A DNA stretch of 64,000 bases from an uncultured Actinomycetota bacterium (GTDB lineage Bacteria; Actinomycetota; Actinomycetes; Actinomycetales; CAVURS01), in assembly GCA_963743975.1 (NCBI GenBank), contig CAVURS010000005.1:497351-561350 (forward strand), written 5' to 3'. The notes beneath the pieces were generated by a model. The model searched no databases and was not told where the DNA came from. It worked only from the letters and a program-made list of their open reading frames with translations. A program made the position numbers and the translations under genes. Below are positions 10,720 to 19,417 of this stretch, one piece after another (position 1 is the first letter of the stretch; every line of letters starts with the position of its first letter).

Positions 10720-10965
10720 GTGCGCCCGCCGGGGCGGGCCGACGAGCTGGACCAGGCCCGCGAGGAGATCCAGCAGCTCCGGGACGCGCTCGTCTCCCGC
10801 CAGATGATCGGTGCCGCCCAGGGCATGCTCATGCTCAGGTACGGCCTGGACCTGGACCGGGCCTTCGACTACCTCGCCCGCCGCTCACAGACGGACAACA
10901 TCAAGCTACGGATGGTCGCCGAAATCGTCATCGCCGAGCTGACGGCCGTCGGCTGGCCGTCGTGA
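10720..10965 (+). CDS. Stand-alone ANTAR-domain RNA-binding protein
   Basis: Coiled coil followed by LRDALVSRQMIGAAQGMLMLRYGLDLDRAFDYLARRSQTDNIKLRMVAE, a classic ANTAR pattern; start uncertain. Confidence 0.88.
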   Translation: MRPPGRADELDQAREEIQQLRDALVSRQMIGAAQGMLMLRYGLDLDRAFDYLARRSQTDNIKLRMVAEIVIAELTAVGWPS

Positions 10966-11156
10966 CCGTCCGCGTGACCTGGGTCGGCGGGAGCTGGTTC
11001 CTGGAGGTCGACGGGGACCAGCACCTCGTCGAAGGGGACCGGCGGTGGCTCGACGCTTGGCTGGCCGACTGGGGCGGGACCCGAGCGGACCTGGACTTTG
11101 GAGGTTCGCGGGCTCTGGAGCAGCGGTTCGTCAGCGAGTTTGGTCCCACAAGCTAG
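10962..11156 (+). CDS. Hypothetical Trp-rich protein (64 aa)
   Basis: GTGA overlap with the ANTAR stop; VTVRVTWVGGSWFLEVDGDQHLVEGDRRWLDAWLADWGG. Confidence 0.6.
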   Translation: MTVRVTWVGGSWFLEVDGDQHLVEGDRRWLDAWLADWGGTRADLDFGGSRALEQRFVSEFGPTS

Positions 11157-11355
11157 CCAGACAATACGCCTGGTCGTCCCTTCGGAACGGTGGCCGGGGT
11201 GCGCGTCTCGGCGCCGGCTGACAGCGTGGAGCTGCAGGCACGTCGCAGGCCAGCCACCGGTGGCCTCAAGCCAAGAGGGCGTTCAAACGCTGGCCCGTCG
11301 GCAGCGCTGCACGGCTGGCCCCCAGGTTGTTGTCCTGGGGGCCAGTCCCCGCGGG

Positions 11356-11697
11356 TCAGGGCGCGTCGAGGAAGCTGACCTTGTCGGCCAGGCCGACGAC
11401 GCGTAGCAGCTCGACGACCCATCGGTTCGGGGGCGCGACCGTCACGGGCAGGTAGTGGTGCATGGCGGAGACGAAGTTGACCAGGGTGGAGTCGCAGAAC
11501 CTCAGGCCGGCCACGTCCAGGACGATCAGCGAAGAGGTGGTGGGCAGGCTCAGGAGGAGCTGGCCGAACTCTTCAGCCATGGCCAGGTCGATGTCGCCTT
11601 CGAGCCGCACGGTGGTCCGGTTGCCCTCTGTGGTGGTCAAGATGCCGCCGAGGGGCGTGCCATCCCAGGGCTGGAAGTTGCTGCTGTCCGTGCTCAT
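11356..11697 (-). CDS. STAS-domain protein (anti-anti-sigma-like)
   Basis: VRLEGDIDL, VLDVAGLRFCDST (conserved phospho-Ser motif) and LLRVVGL. Confidence 0.88.
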   Translation of the reverse strand: MSTDSSNFQPWDGTPLGGILTTTEGNRTTVRLEGDIDLAMAEEFGQLLLSLPTTSSLIVLDVAGLRFCDSTLVNFVSAMHHYLPVTVAPPNRWVVELLRVVGLADKVSFLDAP

Positions 11698-11858
11698 GGC
11701 GTCCGCCTACTCCGAGGCGAGCGGTCCAAGGCCGGAGGCTAGCTAGGCGCTAAGAGGAGTGAGCCACTCGGAATCATGCCGACAATCGGCTGCATCCACC
11801 CCCAACTATCGCACACATCACCGGACCTCCGGCCCGATGAGGCCGCTGATCCTGAGGC

Positions 11859-11896
11859 AAACGACGCCCCGCCCACCGGAGTGGACGGGGCGCCGT
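11859..11896 (-). terminator. Intrinsic terminator-like hairpin
   Basis: 16-bp stem with a 4-nt loop. The two imperfect pairs are G-U only on the minus strand, where a short U run follows. Confidence 0.7.
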
Positions 11897-12112
11897 ACGC
11901 CCAGTCGGTGGGCCTAGTCGGATGCTTCCTGGCGGTGCGCCCACGGGTCATCCTCATGGCGTCCTCGGTGATCGACTGATGTTCGTCTGGCGTGCGGCAG
12001 AGCACGGGGAACGTGCGACCCGTCGGTACTGGCGGGCAGGGCTGATCGGGGCGCTCACCGAGCACACGCCCGGACCTAGGGCACCCGTCAAGCGAGCGTC
12101 GTGCGCCCGCAG

Positions 12113-12643
12113 TCAGTCGCAGGCCTCCTCAGCCTCGATCTTGGCCAGGGCTCTCTTCCAGCCCAGCTTGTAGTCGGCCCTGTCGTCCTGCGTCGGTTGC
12201 CAACGCCATTGGCTGTCCTCGTACACGATGTCGTAGGCGCCCTGAATCATGCCCAAGCCGATCCGGGCCACTGCAGGTGAAGCGGTGGCGAGCCTGACAT
12301 TCGACACCTTGATGGGGATCGGGCCATCCGGATGACAGCCGCGGATCAACCTGACGTAGTCCCCCTGGGAGATCGCGTCCTGCCCGGCGGCCGTCCACAG
12401 TTCCCAGGCTCCGGCGATGTCGTCGGCGGCCCAGCGAGCGGTCTCTTCCTTCGCCAGCTTGGTGGCTGCGGCAAGTGTCTGCGGCTCCGCCGTCACAGTC
12501 GGCGCGGGTGTCGCGGTGGTGCTCGGCGTGGGCGGGGGGACGTGCGCGGTGGCAGGCGACGATCCGACTGAGCTGCCGCCACTCGAGCGGCTCGAGATCA
12601 GGTACAGGACGGCGATTGCCGGGACCGCCCGCATGCGCATCAT
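12113..12643 (-). CDS. Secreted or lipoprotein-like hypothetical protein
   Basis: Signal-like N-terminus, Pro/Thr linker, then a domain with GAWELW and VYEDSQWRWQP and two Cys. Confidence 0.65.
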   Translation of the reverse strand: MMRMRAVPAIAVLYLISSRSSGGSSVGSSPATAHVPPPTPSTTATPAPTVTAEPQTLAAATKLAKEETARWAADDIAGAWELWTAAGQDAISQGDYVRLIRGCHPDGPIPIKVSNVRLATASPAVARIGLGMIQGAYDIVYEDSQWRWQPTQDDRADYKLGWKRALAKIEAEEACD

Positions 12644-12754
12644 GGCGCGACCGTATGGGGCCAGCGCGCCGGTCACAGGCCAACGTCATAGACGACCTGT
12701 CCTTTCTCCGACGTAGGCTCGGCGGCTCTGGTGTCGCTTGCGGAGGTGGTCCGG

Positions 12755-13290
12755 GTGCGCAAAGTCGTCGTGTACGAGCTGATGTCCCTCGACGGCGTGG
12801 CCGAGCGCCCCGACGAGTTCTTCGACTGGGACGACGAGATGGACGCCAACCTGGGCGCCGTCATCGCGAGCCAGGACGCCGTCATCCTCGGGCGGCGGAG
12901 CTACGACGAATGGGCCGGCTACTGGCCCGACAGCGACATCGAGCCGTTCGCGACGTTCATCAACAGCGTCGCGAAGTACGTCGCGACCTCCCGACCCGCT
13001 CGACTCGTGAGTGGGCCAGCACGACCGTGGTCGACGGCGAGCTGGTCGACTTCGTGACAGCACTGAAGAACGAGCCTGGAGGCGACATCGGAGTGCATGC
13101 GAGCATCTCCGTCGCGCGGGCCTTGCTCGCCGCCGGCGTCGTGGACGAGCTCCGTCTGGTGGTCGCACCGACCGTCGTGGGCTCCGGGGGCAAGCTGTTC
13201 GACGGCGCGCCGGCCACGCGCCTGGAGCTGACCGGTGCCTCGACGTCTCCGCGTGGATTCCTGCTCCTCGACTACTCCGTCCGCGCGTAG
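12755..13290 (+). CDS. Dihydrofolate reductase / RibD C-terminal family protein; one indel
   Basis: MSLDGVAE, ILGRRSYDEW, KYVATS, then GGDIGVHASISVA, VDELRLVVAPTVVGSGGKLF. Confidence 0.88.
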
Positions 13291-13332
13291 TTCGGCGCGC
13301 GCACCTCGCCTCGGCCCCCCTACGGTGCCTGG

Positions 13333-14025
13333 GTGATCTCGGGTCGACGCTGGCGCCTGCAGCGGCTGACCCGCGCCGTGGTCTACGCCGTCGTCGTCGC
13401 CGTCCCGATCGGCGTCCTCGCCCTGCTGATCCGCACCAGGTTCGGCCCTCTGGTGACCCTGGACCAGAACGTCATCGTCCGGGCCACCGACTTCACCCGG
13501 CCCCGTCCCTGGCTCCGCTCCCTGGCGAGCGGGTGGCAGGCGATCAGCCAGCCGTGGGTGGTCTACCTGGTGGTGGGGCTGCCAGCCTGCGCGGTGGCGT
13601 GGTTCCGCTTTCACCTGCACACGCGCGCCCTGTGGGCATTGGCCACGATGGCCACCGGCTGGACCATCGCCTCGGTCCTGAAGGCGCTGGTGCAGCGGGC
13701 CCGGCCGGTCGTCGAGAACCCGTTCGACGTCCACACCGGGTACTCCTTCCCATCCGGCCACTCGACGAACAACGCCATCGTGGTCACGGTCATCCTCGTG
13801 CTGCTGCATCCGGTGCTGAACGAGAGAGCCCGACGTGCGCTGCTCGCCGTCGGCGTGGTCTGGGTGCTGGTGACCTGTGCTGACCGGGTCCTCCTGGGTG
13901 CCCACTTCCCCTCCGACGTGGTGGCCGGAGTGGTCCTGGGCTGTGGCATCTGCCTGGCGTCGTACGCCGGCTACACCGACTGGAGCCCACCATCACCTAC
14001 CGACTCCACGAAAGGGGTCCTTTGA
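13333..14025 (+). CDS. PAP2 family lipid phosphatase
   Basis: KALVQRARP, YSFPSGHS and RVLLGAHFPSDV; multiple TM helices. Confidence 0.92.
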   Translation: MISGRRWRLQRLTRAVVYAVVVAVPIGVLALLIRTRFGPLVTLDQNVIVRATDFTRPRPWLRSLASGWQAISQPWVVYLVVGLPACAVAWFRFHLHTRALWALATMATGWTIASVLKALVQRARPVVENPFDVHTGYSFPSGHSTNNAIVVTVILVLLHPVLNERARRALLAVGVVWVLVTCADRVLLGAHFPSDVVAGVVLGCGICLASYAGYTDWSPPSPTDSTKGVL

Positions 14026-14732
14026 TGGCCTACCTGACCCGATGGCAGGACGACCGGTCCCGTCCCACCGCTCGTGAGGCCGCGCGCGACCTCGGGGTGC
14101 GAGCACTGGCGCCCACGGCCGTGTGGTGGCTGGTGGTCCTCGCCTTCGGCTGGGCTCTCGCGGACGGGCCGTTGAAGCACATGGGTCGCAGCGAGGAGGC
14201 GCTCAACAGGAGTCTCGCCGCTCGGCGCACGTCGGTCTTCAACGACATCACGTTGTTCTTCTCGTGGACCGGCGCCACGGTGAGCATCGTCGGCGTCTGC
14301 ATCGTCACGATGGCCGTCATCTGGTGGCGGACCCGACGCTGGTGGTTCACCGTCGTGCCACTGATCGCCATCTCGCTCCAGGGCATCGTCTTCTTCTTCA
14401 CGACGCTGCTGATCGATCGGCAGCGCCCCGACGTCGTCAAGCTCGACCACTCACCTCCGACGTCCAGCTACCCCAGCGGCCACAGCGGCGCAGCCACCGG
14501 GCTGTACGTCACGCTTGCGCTGCTGGCCCTGCAGATCCGGCGACCGGTGCTGCGCGTCCTCACGGTGACGATCTGCCTCCTCGTCCCTCTGCTCGTCGCC
14601 TCGGCCCGCCTCTACCGCGGGATGCACCACCTCACCGACGTCTCCGTGGCCATCCTCAACGGCCTGATCGCCGCCCTCCTCGCCTGGGCCTGGCTGCGGC
14701 GTCGCCCGGCCGGCGAGGAGACGCGTCGGTGA
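14025..14732 (+). CDS. PAP2 family lipid phosphatase
   Basis: DRQRP, SSYPSGHS and ARLYRGMHHLTDV; TGATG coupling to the previous gene. Confidence 0.92.
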   Translation: MAYLTRWQDDRSRPTAREAARDLGVRALAPTAVWWLVVLAFGWALADGPLKHMGRSEEALNRSLAARRTSVFNDITLFFSWTGATVSIVGVCIVTMAVIWWRTRRWWFTVVPLIAISLQGIVFFFTTLLIDRQRPDVVKLDHSPPTSSYPSGHSGAATGLYVTLALLALQIRRPVLRVLTVTICLLVPLLVASARLYRGMHHLTDVSVAILNGLIAALLAWAWLRRRPAGEETRR

Positions 14733-15652
14733 TCACGGTCGTCGTGAACCCCATCAAGGTCGACGTCGACGAGGCCCGCGAGGTCCTGACCACGGCCGCC
14801 GCTTCCGCAGGTCTGGCCGCGCCGCGCCTGGTCGAGACGACCGAGGACGACCCCGGGTTCGGCCAAACCACCCAGGCCCTCGCAGACGGCACCGAGCTGG
14901 TGTGCGCCCTCGGCGGGGACGGCACGGTGCGGGCCGTCGCCCAGGTGCTGGCCGGGACCGCCGTACCGCTCGGTCTGCTGCCCGGAGGAACGGGAAACCT
15001 GTTGGCGCGCAACATCGGCGGCGGTGTCGACTCGCTCGCCGACGCGGCCGGCATAGCGTTCACCGGCCGCGACCGCACGATCGATGTCGGCTGGATGATC
15101 ATCGACCCGCGCGAGCACCAGCGCAGCGGCGTTCCGGAGCGGGCGGAGAACGTGCACTGCTTCACGGTCATGGCAGGGGTCGGGTTCGATGCCCAGATGA
15201 TGGCCGACGCCCCGGAGGGCGTGAAGGACAAGGCCGGCTGGGCGGCGTACGTCGCCAGCGGTGGCAAGCACCTGACCGACCCGCCGTTCTCGGTCGACCT
15301 CGTCGTGGACGGCCGGGCCGCTACGACGGGCACGGCGAGGACCGTGGTCGTGGGCAACTGCGGCGAGCTGACCGGTGGCATGGTCCTGCTGCCCGATGCC
15401 GTCGTCGACGACGGCCGGCTGGACGTGGCCAGCGTCAGCCCGGAGAGCCTGAGCCAGTGGATCGGCGTCGCGGCCAGGGTGCTGGGCAAGAAGGACGACG
15501 GCCACTCGCTCGAGCGGATCAGCGGTGAGGACATCACCGTGCGGGTCGACCCACCGCAGCTGTGCGAGGTCGACGGTGACGTGCTCACCGAGGCCGGGGA
15601 GATCCGCTTCGTCGTCCACCCGCGCTCGCTGATCGTCCGGGTCCTGGACTGA
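14729..15652 (+). CDS. Diacylglycerol/lipid kinase family protein
   Basis: VVVNP, GGDGTV, LPGGTGNLLARN, GVGFDA, DDGRLDV and EVDGD; GTGA overlap. Confidence 0.93.
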   Translation: MITVVVNPIKVDVDEAREVLTTAAASAGLAAPRLVETTEDDPGFGQTTQALADGTELVCALGGDGTVRAVAQVLAGTAVPLGLLPGGTGNLLARNIGGGVDSLADAAGIAFTGRDRTIDVGWMIIDPREHQRSGVPERAENVHCFTVMAGVGFDAQMMADAPEGVKDKAGWAAYVASGGKHLTDPPFSVDLVVDGRAATTGTARTVVVGNCGELTGGMVLLPDAVVDDGRLDVASVSPESLSQWIGVAARVLGKKDDGHSLERISGEDITVRVDPPQLCEVDGDVLTEAGEIRFVVHPRSLIVRVLD

Positions 15653-15721
15653 CCCCGGCACCACGATCGAGCCGTCCTCAGCCGACGGACAGCACGGCGA
15701 CGCTCGAGACCATGACACCAC

Positions 15722-16024
15722 TCAGCTGGGCGGCGGTGGTTCGTCCACCTCGCGCGCCGGCTCGCGCACCTGCTCGCCTACCGGTTCGCGCAGGTCGACC
15801 GCGTCGTCGCCGCTCGGATCGGTGAGGTCGACGACCTCGAGGACGTCGGGCTGCTTCGAGCGGATCCGCTCCAGCGCCTGGCCGCGCACCCACTCGCGCT
15901 GGGCCTGGTCCTCGTGCTCGCGATGGTGGCGCGGCTTGGCGGCGTGCAGGAGGCGGCCGACGAACAGGCAGGCCAGGCAGGCGAAGACTCCGAGGCCCAC
16001 CCCGAGCCACGCCCCTGTGTTCAC
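15722..16024 (-). CDS. Hypothetical single-TM protein
   Basis: N-terminal TM AWLGVGLGVFACLACLFVG and an acidic tail; start uncertain. Confidence 0.55.
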   Translation of the reverse strand: MNTGAWLGVGLGVFACLACLFVGRLLHAAKPRHHREHEDQAQREWVRGQALERIRSKQPDVLEVVDLTDPSGDDAVDLREPVGEQVREPAREVDEPPPPS

Positions 16025-16102
16025 GACGCCCGCCGTGTCACGTGACCCAGCATGTCCCTCTCCAGCCGCTCCAGCCACTCCTCGTGGGCGGCCTTCGCCC
16101 GC

Positions 16103-16186
16103 GTTTGGCCGTCGAAACCGGGTTGCCACCCCTGAAAACCCGCACCGGACTCCGGTCTCGACGGCCAAACCCGGAGTCGACGGCCA
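16103..16186. repeat. 19-bp inverted repeat element with a partial third arm (REP/MITE-like or terminator)
   Basis: GTTTGGCCGTCGAAACCGG (16103-16121) and CCGGTCTCGACGGCCAAAC (16152-16170), one mismatch, 30-bp spacer; CCGGAGTCGACGGCCA follows. Confidence 0.75.
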
Positions 16187-16201
16187 GGACCAGGGGTGGG
16201 G

Positions 16202-16876
16202 CTAGTGGTCGCCGGGGACGCCGTAGGACGGGGCGGCGGTGGGGTTCAGGGCGCGCTGGACGTAGTCGTCGGCCTGGTCCCGCCAGAGCTCCCACAGCCG
16301 GCCGAGCTCCGCCACGGGCTGCTCGGACCAGTCGACCCGCAGGTCGGTGACCGGCCAGGCCACCCGGTCCACGACGAGCAGCCCCGCGGAGTGGATCGGG
16401 CCCGCCTCTCCCCCGGCGGCCAGCCCCGCCCGCAGCGCGCCGACGAGCCGTGCGCCGAGCGGCATCTGCGGCTCGGCCCGGAAGCCCTCGACCACGGCGG
16501 CCAGCACACCCTCGTCCGCCAGCAGGTTGCCCGCGGCGGAGCAGCCCACGCCGCGCGCCGTGCCGAAGACACCGAGGGACTGCGAGCCGGAGTACGACGC
16601 CGTGCTCCCGTGCGCGTCGACCAGGCTCAGCTGGCGGTACGCGATGTACGGCGCGGACGCGACCACCTCGTCGAGCGCCTCCTGCGCCGTCCGGCCGTCC
16701 GCGAGGAGGTCGAGCAGCCGCGGGCCGAGCGAGGGGTCGGTGACGTTCTGCGTCGACACCGCGCCGACCCCGGCCCGGGCCCAGGCGCAGCGAGCGGCCA
16801 CCGCCGGGCTGGACGACGTGACCGCGACGCCCAGCTGTCCGGTCCGCTCGCAGCGGCCGGCGACGGAGAAGGTCAC
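16202..16876 (-). CDS. DUF1028 family protein (Ntn-hydrolase-like)
   Basis: Begins (M)TFSVAGRC, then GVAVTSSSPAVAARC, GAVSTQN, AAGNLL, SAGLLVV, DLRVDW and PSYGVPGD; GTGA overlap. Confidence 0.92.
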   Translation of the reverse strand: MTFSVAGRCERTGQLGVAVTSSSPAVAARCAWARAGVGAVSTQNVTDPSLGPRLLDLLADGRTAQEALDEVVASAPYIAYRQLSLVDAHGSTASYSGSQSLGVFGTARGVGCSAAGNLLADEGVLAAVVEGFRAEPQMPLGARLVGALRAGLAAGGEAGPIHSAGLLVVDRVAWPVTDLRVDWSEQPVAELGRLWELWRDQADDYVQRALNPTAAPSYGVPGDH

Positions 16877-17301
16877 GAGCGCACGGCCGTCGCCGTGACC
16901 TCGACCAGCCACTCGGGGCGGGCCAGGGCCGAGACGACGACTCCGGTGAAGACCGGGAAGACGCCGCGCAGCCGCTCGCCCAGGACGCCGTACACCGCCT
17001 CCCGGTGCCGGATGTCGGTGAGGTAGACCGTGCAGGAGACGATGTGCTCCCTCGTCGCGCCGGCCTCGGCCAGCAGCGTCTCGATGTTGTCCACCACCCG
17101 GTGCGCCTGGCCCGCGGGGTCGCCGACAGCCACGGACTCGCGGGTGTCGAGGTCCTGCGCCACCTGCCCGCGCAGGTAGACCGTGTCACCGGCCACCACG
17201 GCCTGGCACAGGTCGTTGGACAGCCGCTGCTCCGGGTAGGTCTCGGCGGTGTTGAACGGCCGGATCCGGCGATGGCCACCCACCACCAGCGGCTCGCTCA
17301 C
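16873..17301 (-). CDS. Rid (YjgF/YER057c/UK114) family protein lacking the catalytic Arg
   Basis: RIRPFNTAETYPEQRLSNDLCQAV, VYLRGQV and ALARPEWLVEVTATA; FPVFTG stands where RidA has PAR(S/T). Confidence 0.92.
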   Translation of the reverse strand: MSEPLVVGGHRRIRPFNTAETYPEQRLSNDLCQAVVAGDTVYLRGQVAQDLDTRESVAVGDPAGQAHRVVDNIETLLAEAGATREHIVSCTVYLTDIRHREAVYGVLGERLRGVFPVFTGVVVSALARPEWLVEVTATAVRS

Positions 17302-18752
17302 GAGGTCGCCCCGAGCGGCGCGTCCAGGCGGGCCGACCTGCTCATCCGCTCGACGGCCGGGCCGAAGTCGTAGTTGTTGTAGACCGCGAGCAGGTGTGAG
17401 AACGGCGGTGACTGCGCGAACAGCTGGAAGGTCAGCCGGTGGCCGGCGTAGTCGGAGTTCAGCAGGTCCCGCGCGTAGGTCAGCATCCGCCGGCGGCGCT
17501 CCGCGTCGACGTCACCGACCCGGAAGAACTTCTGCAGCCACTCGCCCGCCTCCGGGTCCTGGAACATCGCATGGCTCGGCACGAGGCTGATCTGGCAGCC
17601 GCAGAGGTCGCGGACCAGGTGCATGATCTCGGGCAGTCGCGAGCAGGCGTGCACCCGGCCGGAGTAGAGCAACGCCTGGTTGGGCATGGTCAGCCCGCTC
17701 GGGCTCTCCTCGGCCAGCTCGACGGCGGCGGTGAGGTGCGCTCGGATGCCCTCGCGGTAGCAGGCGACCTGCGCGATCTTCTCCCGAACCCCTTGGTGCA
17801 TCTTGGTTCCGGTCTGCTGGGCGTTGGCGTAGACCAGGCCCAGCATCAGGTCGGCGAAGCGCAGGTGCCGCTGCACGAACGCGTACATGCTGTAGCGGTG
17901 CAGGGTCGATCGGATGAAGGCCGCCGCCTTCGTGTGCCGGTAGAAGAAGACGTTCTCCCAGGGGATCTCCACGTCGTCGAAGACGATCATCGTGTCGACC
18001 TCGTCGAACCGGTTGCTCAACGGGTAGTCGGCGTCGGGCAGGCGGCCCGCGAACCCCGAGCGGCACAGGTGCCGCACGCCGGGAGCGCCCATGTCGGCCA
18101 GGAACCCCACCGCGTAGTCGGAGAGCGCGTCGTTCCCCCAGTCACCGATCGTCGGCTTCACGAACGCCTGGTTCGCGTACGCCGCGGCCGTCTCGAACTT
18201 CGCGCCGCGGACCACGATGCCGCTGTCCGTCTCCTTGACCACGTGCAGCAGCACGTCCGGGTCCTGGTCACGGGGGTGCTTGCTCCGGTCGCCCTTGGGG
18301 TCGGTGTTGGCCGAGACGTGGAAGGGGTCGGCCAGCTGGGCGCGCCGCACGTGCCGGCGGATGTTCTCGGAGAACGTCGGGTCGATCTCGTCGAGGACGT
18401 CCTGGCCGTCGACGAGCGACCACATCTCACCGACCGTCTCGTCCCCCACCCGGGTCACGACACCACCCAGGTCGTCGAAGACCGTCTCCACGGCCCGGTG
18501 CTTGGCCCGCCAGTCCTCCCGCGACGACGGCGGCTTGCTGCCGATCGCACACGTCTCGCCGCTCTCCTCGTCGACGTAGGTCATGGCCGCGGCGGTCGCG
18601 CTCTCGTGCGCGAGGTCGAAGATCCGGGCCCGCGCCTGGACGATCGGCCGGAAGGCCGGATGGGTGGTGACGTCCTCGACCCGCTCGCCGTCGATCCACA
18701 CCTCCCGGCCGTCGGCGAGGGACTCCTGGTACTGCGCACCCGTGCGGATCAT
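17298..18752 (-). CDS. HpaB / 4-hydroxyphenylacetate 3-hydroxylase family flavin monooxygenase, oxygenase component
   Basis: MIRTGAQYQESLADGREVWIDGERVEDVTTHPAF, TDPKGDRS, GIVVRGAK and YPLSNRFDEVDTMIVFDDVEIPWENVF. Confidence 0.92.
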   Translation of the reverse strand: MIRTGAQYQESLADGREVWIDGERVEDVTTHPAFRPIVQARARIFDLAHESATAAAMTYVDEESGETCAIGSKPPSSREDWRAKHRAVETVFDDLGGVVTRVGDETVGEMWSLVDGQDVLDEIDPTFSENIRRHVRRAQLADPFHVSANTDPKGDRSKHPRDQDPDVLLHVVKETDSGIVVRGAKFETAAAYANQAFVKPTIGDWGNDALSDYAVGFLADMGAPGVRHLCRSGFAGRLPDADYPLSNRFDEVDTMIVFDDVEIPWENVFFYRHTKAAAFIRSTLHRYSMYAFVQRHLRFADLMLGLVYANAQQTGTKMHQGVREKIAQVACYREGIRAHLTAAVELAEESPSGLTMPNQALLYSGRVHACSRLPEIMHLVRDLCGCQISLVPSHAMFQDPEAGEWLQKFFRVGDVDAERRRRMLTYARDLLNSDYAGHRLTFQLFAQSPPFSHLLAVYNNYDFGPAVERMSRSARLDAPLGATS

Positions 18753-19387
18753 CGTCGTGCCTTCCTGGTGGTCAGGTCGCGGGGACCGATCGGCACGCCG
18801 GTGGCCAGCTGCAGGTAGGACAGGATGTTGCGCCGCGCGCCGTCCGGGTCCACGTGGGCGTTGCGGCCGACCAGGTGCAGGCCGTACGCGTCCTCGAGGG
18901 CGACGGCGTTCGCGGCCACCAGCTCGACGTCCGCCCGGTCCGTGCTGAAGACGCCGGCCTCACGTCCCGAGCGCAGGACCTGGACGTACAGCGAGACCTC
19001 CCGGTCGTACAGGCCGGTCATGAGGGCGGCGTGGGTCCGGCTGCGGGCCGCGTGCAGGTGCATCTCGTAGAGCACGCGGCACAGCTCGTCGTCGGAGCGG
19101 TCCGGTATGCCGTGCTCGACCAGCGCGACGAGCTCGGACACGGGGTCGGGGGCGCGCTCCACCGCGGCGAGCCGGCGCCAGTAGAAGCGGTCGACCGCGT
19201 CCTGGTGCACGTCGGTGAGGAGCTCTCCGAAGTCCGGGTAGTAGTAGCTCACCAGGCCGGCGGAGAGGTCGGCCTCCTCGGCCACATCCTTGACCCGCAC
19301 GCCGTTCAGCCCACGCCGCAGGATCGCCCGCCCGGCCGCCGCGACCAGGTCCTGCTTGCGCGCGGTCTGTTCCTTGGGCCGGGACAT
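18749..19387 (-). CDS. TetR family regulator (BetI-like C-terminus)
   Basis: HTH VRVKDVAEEADLSAGLVSYYY; ATGA overlap with the monooxygenase. Confidence 0.92.
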   Translation of the reverse strand: MSRPKEQTARKQDLVAAAGRAILRRGLNGVRVKDVAEEADLSAGLVSYYYPDFGELLTDVHQDAVDRFYWRRLAAVERAPDPVSELVALVEHGIPDRSDDELCRVLYEMHLHAARSRTHAALMTGLYDREVSLYVQVLRSGREAGVFSTDRADVELVAANAVALEDAYGLHLVGRNAHVDPDGARRNILSYLQLATGVPIGPRDLTTRKARR

Positions 19388-19394
19388 GGGCTCA

Positions 19395-19417
19395 TTATTG
19401 ACGCCGTCGACGAATAA
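19395..19417. promoter_or_regulatory. Candidate TetR operator
   Basis: TTATT-n13-AATAA dyad, AT-rich in a GC-rich background, 7 bp upstream of the tetR ATG in the divergent intergenic region. Confidence 0.55.

Noticed and set aside
11698-11760. Hexaloop hairpin CGCCT-CGGAGT-AGGCG before the STAS gene as an ANTAR target
   Set aside because: The loop lacks the conserved A1/G4 pattern, and no convincing second hairpin is present.
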